DNA from: an uncultured Chloroflexia bacterium
GTDB taxonomy: Bacteria > Chloroflexota > Anaerolineae > JAAYZQ01
Direction: 5' to 3'
NCBI GenBank assembly: GCA_963700285.1
Contig: CAVOXA010000014.1
Location: 320,001 to 384,000 of the forward strand
DNA length: 64,000 nt
Position numbers and translations under genes: made by a program. The notes beneath the pieces are model-generated. The model was not told where the DNA came from and made no database searches. It was given only the letters and a program-made list of their open reading frames with translations. Position 1 is the first letter of the stretch. Each line of letters starts with the position of its first letter. Below are positions 61,705 to 64,000 of the stretch, one piece after another.

Positions 61705-61734
61705 ATGATTGGGCTACTGAAAGAAGGTTGGAAG

Positions 61735-62601
61735 GTGAAGCGACACGATCAGGGGACGTACGAGTATCTCCGCCACCACAAGAAATTCCCGCACGTCTGG
61801 TGCGCCGGGTGCGGCATTGGCATCGTGATGGGCAGCATCCTGCGATCCGTGGAGAACCTGGAACTGAACCAGGACGACGTGGCCGTGGTCTCGGGCATCG
61901 GCTGCACGGGACGCATGCCAGTGTACATGGACTTTAACACGATGCACACGACGCATGGCCGGGCGCTGTCCTTTGCCACGGGCCTCAAGCTGGCCAGGCC
62001 GGAGATGGAGATCATTGTCATCATGGGCGACGGGGATGCGCTGGCCATTGGCGGCAACCATTTCATCCACACAGCCCGGCGCAACATCGATCTGACGGCC
62101 ATCGTGGTCAACAACAGCATCTATGGCATGACCGGCGGCCAGTCGTCGCCGACGACGCCGCTGGACAGCTTTTCGGCCACCGCGCCCTATGGGCACATCG
62201 AACAGCCTTTTCCGATCTGCGACCTGGCCATCGCTGCCGGCGCGGCCTATGTGGCTCGCAGCACCGTATACCACGCCAACCAGTTGGACAAGCTCATCGA
62301 GCAGGCGATGCGCAAGCGGGGTTTCGCGCTGGTGGAGGCGGTCAGCTACTGCCACACGACCTTTGGACGCGCGAACGACATAAAGTCGCCCATCCAGATG
62401 ATGCACCTCATGAAAGACAGCAGCATCACCATCCAGGCAGCCGAAAAGATGGGCGACGAGCTGCCCGAAGGAAAGATCGTGCGGGGCATCCTTCACGACG
62501 AGGACAAGCCAGAATTCACCGATCTCTATGACGACGTTATCGCACGGGCGCAGGGATCGCCGCTGCCGCGCAAGCGCAAAGTGCGCCGGGGTTGGACCTA
62601 G
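61735..62601 (+). CDS. korB: 2-oxoacid:ferredoxin oxidoreductase beta subunit
   Basis: WCAGCG, SGIGC, HTTHGRA, GDGDALAIGGNH, NNSIYGMTGGQ. Confidence 0.92.
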   Translation: MKRHDQGTYEYLRHHKKFPHVWCAGCGIGIVMGSILRSVENLELNQDDVAVVSGIGCTGRMPVYMDFNTMHTTHGRALSFATGLKLARPEMEIIVIMGDGDALAIGGNHFIHTARRNIDLTAIVVNNSIYGMTGGQSSPTTPLDSFSATAPYGHIEQPFPICDLAIAAGAAYVARSTVYHANQLDKLIEQAMRKRGFALVEAVSYCHTTFGRANDIKSPIQMMHLMKDSSITIQAAEKMGDELPEGKIVRGILHDEDKPEFTDLYDDVIARAQGSPLPRKRKVRRGWT

Positions 62602-62609
62602 GGGCCAGG

Positions 62610-63221
62610 ATGATGGAAAAGGATCGACAAGAAGCGCGAAGAGCACTGGATGACCGCTACGAGGTTCGCCTAGCCGGCGAAGGCGGGCAAGGCATGATCC
62701 TGGCCGGCGTGATCCTGGCCGAGGCGGCAGCGGTGCACGATGGATTGAACGCCATCCAGACCCAGAGCTACGGACCTGAAGCCCGCGGCGGGGCAAGCCG
62801 GTCGGAAGTGATCATTGCCAAAGGTGAGGTGGACTATCCAAAGGTGATGGCCGCTGACCTGCTGCTGTGCATGAGCCAGGAAGCGTGCGACCGGTTCTAC
62901 GAGCAGGTCAAAGAGGACGGCATGATCGTCGTAGACTCGACCAGCGTCAGCCGCTTGCCCAGCCACAGAGCGGTGGCGGTACCCATCTCGCAACTGGCCC
63001 AGGAGGAGACGGGGCGCAAAATCACGGCCAGCATCGTAGCACTGGGGCTGGTCGCCGGACTGACCGGGATCGTCAGCCGCCAGGCGCTATCGGCGGCCGT
63101 CAACGACCGGGTGCCGCGGGGGACAGAAGAGATCAATATGAAGGCGCTGGAGGCCGGTTATGCCGCAGCGCAAAGATTGAAGCAAAAAGTGCCAGATCTG
63201 CCAATCGCCTGGTCGCAATAG
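62610..63221 (+). CDS. korC: 2-oxoacid:ferredoxin oxidoreductase gamma subunit
   Basis: GEGGQG, QSYGPEARGGAS, NMKAL. Confidence 0.9.
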   Translation: MMEKDRQEARRALDDRYEVRLAGEGGQGMILAGVILAEAAAVHDGLNAIQTQSYGPEARGGASRSEVIIAKGEVDYPKVMAADLLLCMSQEACDRFYEQVKEDGMIVVDSTSVSRLPSHRAVAVPISQLAQEETGRKITASIVALGLVAGLTGIVSRQALSAAVNDRVPRGTEEINMKALEAGYAAAQRLKQKVPDLPIAWSQ

Positions 63222-64000
63222 ACGGAAGGGCTTGCAGGCTCTCGGACCGGCGGCGATTGTGAAGCCGCCAGCACCAACGCTGTTTCACCCCCCAATCGCA
63301 CCAGCCGGATGCCCAAGCGGGCGAGGATGAAGAGCTGCTGGACCAGCAGCACCAGAAGCCACCCATCGAGGCGCAGGTAGGGCATCGACCCCAGACGAAA
63401 GAGCGCGTGCAGGGCCGCCGCCAACAGGAGCGACAGCAGATACAGGCCGGCCACCGGCAGGGGGTGGCGGAAGACGAAGCGCAAGCCGCTGCCGAGGGCG
63501 CGGACGGCGCTCTGGGTGTCGCCAACGACGGCGGCGACACGGGCGTATTCCAGCAGAACCAGCCAGAAGGCCAGCCAGAGCCCTAGTCCGGCGACGAGCA
63601 GCCAGACGAGCCATTGGCCGACCGAGAGGGCGGCCACAATGAGGAGCACCCCCGGGATGAGACCGATGAGCCAGCCAAAGGCTTGTACCAGACCCAGGAG
63701 CAGAAAGGCGCCAAACCAATGCCAGCAGCCCCAGAGGAAGCGACGCCAGCGGAAGGGCTGGGGGGCCCCACCGCCGGTCAGTTGCGGGTCCCCGGCGTAG
63801 GTCAGGAGCAAGCCGCCAGTCAGGAAGGAGGCCGGCAGCCAGGCCAGCCAGGGCAGGGCTACGAGCGTGATGAGAGCCAACAAGAGCGCCTGCTGCAGGT
63901 CCGGTGCCAGGGAGGGTTCCGGGCCACCCTGGCCCAGGGCCGCCCTGGCATTGGGCGACATCAACGTCTCAAGCACCAACCAGGCATCCAGGCCATCGGC
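63158..64000 (-). CDS. Multi-pass membrane protein, 5' end outside the window
   Basis: The frame stays open to the window edge and has several Leu/Trp-rich TM helices. Confidence 0.7.
   Translation of the reverse strand, partial: ADGLDAWLVLETLMSPNARAALGQGGPEPSLAPDLQQALLLALITLVALPWLAWLPASFLTGGLLLTYAGDPQLTGGGAPQPFRWRRFLWGCWHWFGAFLLLGLVQAFGWLIGLIPGVLLIVAALSVGQWLVWLLVAGLGLWLAFWLVLLEYARVAAVVGDTQSAVRALGSGLRFVFRHPLPVAGLYLLSLLLAAALHALFRLGSMPYLRLDGWLLVLLVQQLFILARLGIRLVRLGGETALVLAASQSPPVREPASPSVYCDQAIGRSGTFCFNLCAAA

Overview
High-GC bacterial chromosomal window. Gene content, C-terminal 'YLPLL'/'VPEAST' motifs and REP-like palindromes suggest Chloroflexota (Anaerolineae-like); this is an inference. 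It holds core genes (ruvB, smc, fabF, a DksA/TraR-family gene) and three 2-oxoacid-oxidising systems: an E1 alpha/beta pair, nifJ-type PFOR with a DHOD-like partner, and korDABC. It also has sugar-metabolism genes (GH63, rhamnulokinase, a clan-A glycoside hydrolase, RraA- and DapA-like aldolases), a duplicated MFS pair flanking a tandem DJ-1/PfpI gene, several secreted or surface proteins, a multidomain Ser/Thr kinase and a class III cyclase-STAND-TM-WD40 gene followed by a DUF6765-like gene. Frameshifts cluster at 68-2072 and 15360-22200 and look like long-read errors. No rRNA, tRNA, CRISPR array or intact transposase was seen. The best leads are the cyclase-STAND/DUF6765 pair, a terminator/antiterminator leader ahead of PFOR, a promoter-driven ~100-nt hairpin RNA, a duplicated promoter bracketing a 7-kb block, a family of GGTC-ACG-GACC hairpins and a catalytically dead beta-lactamase-fold protein.
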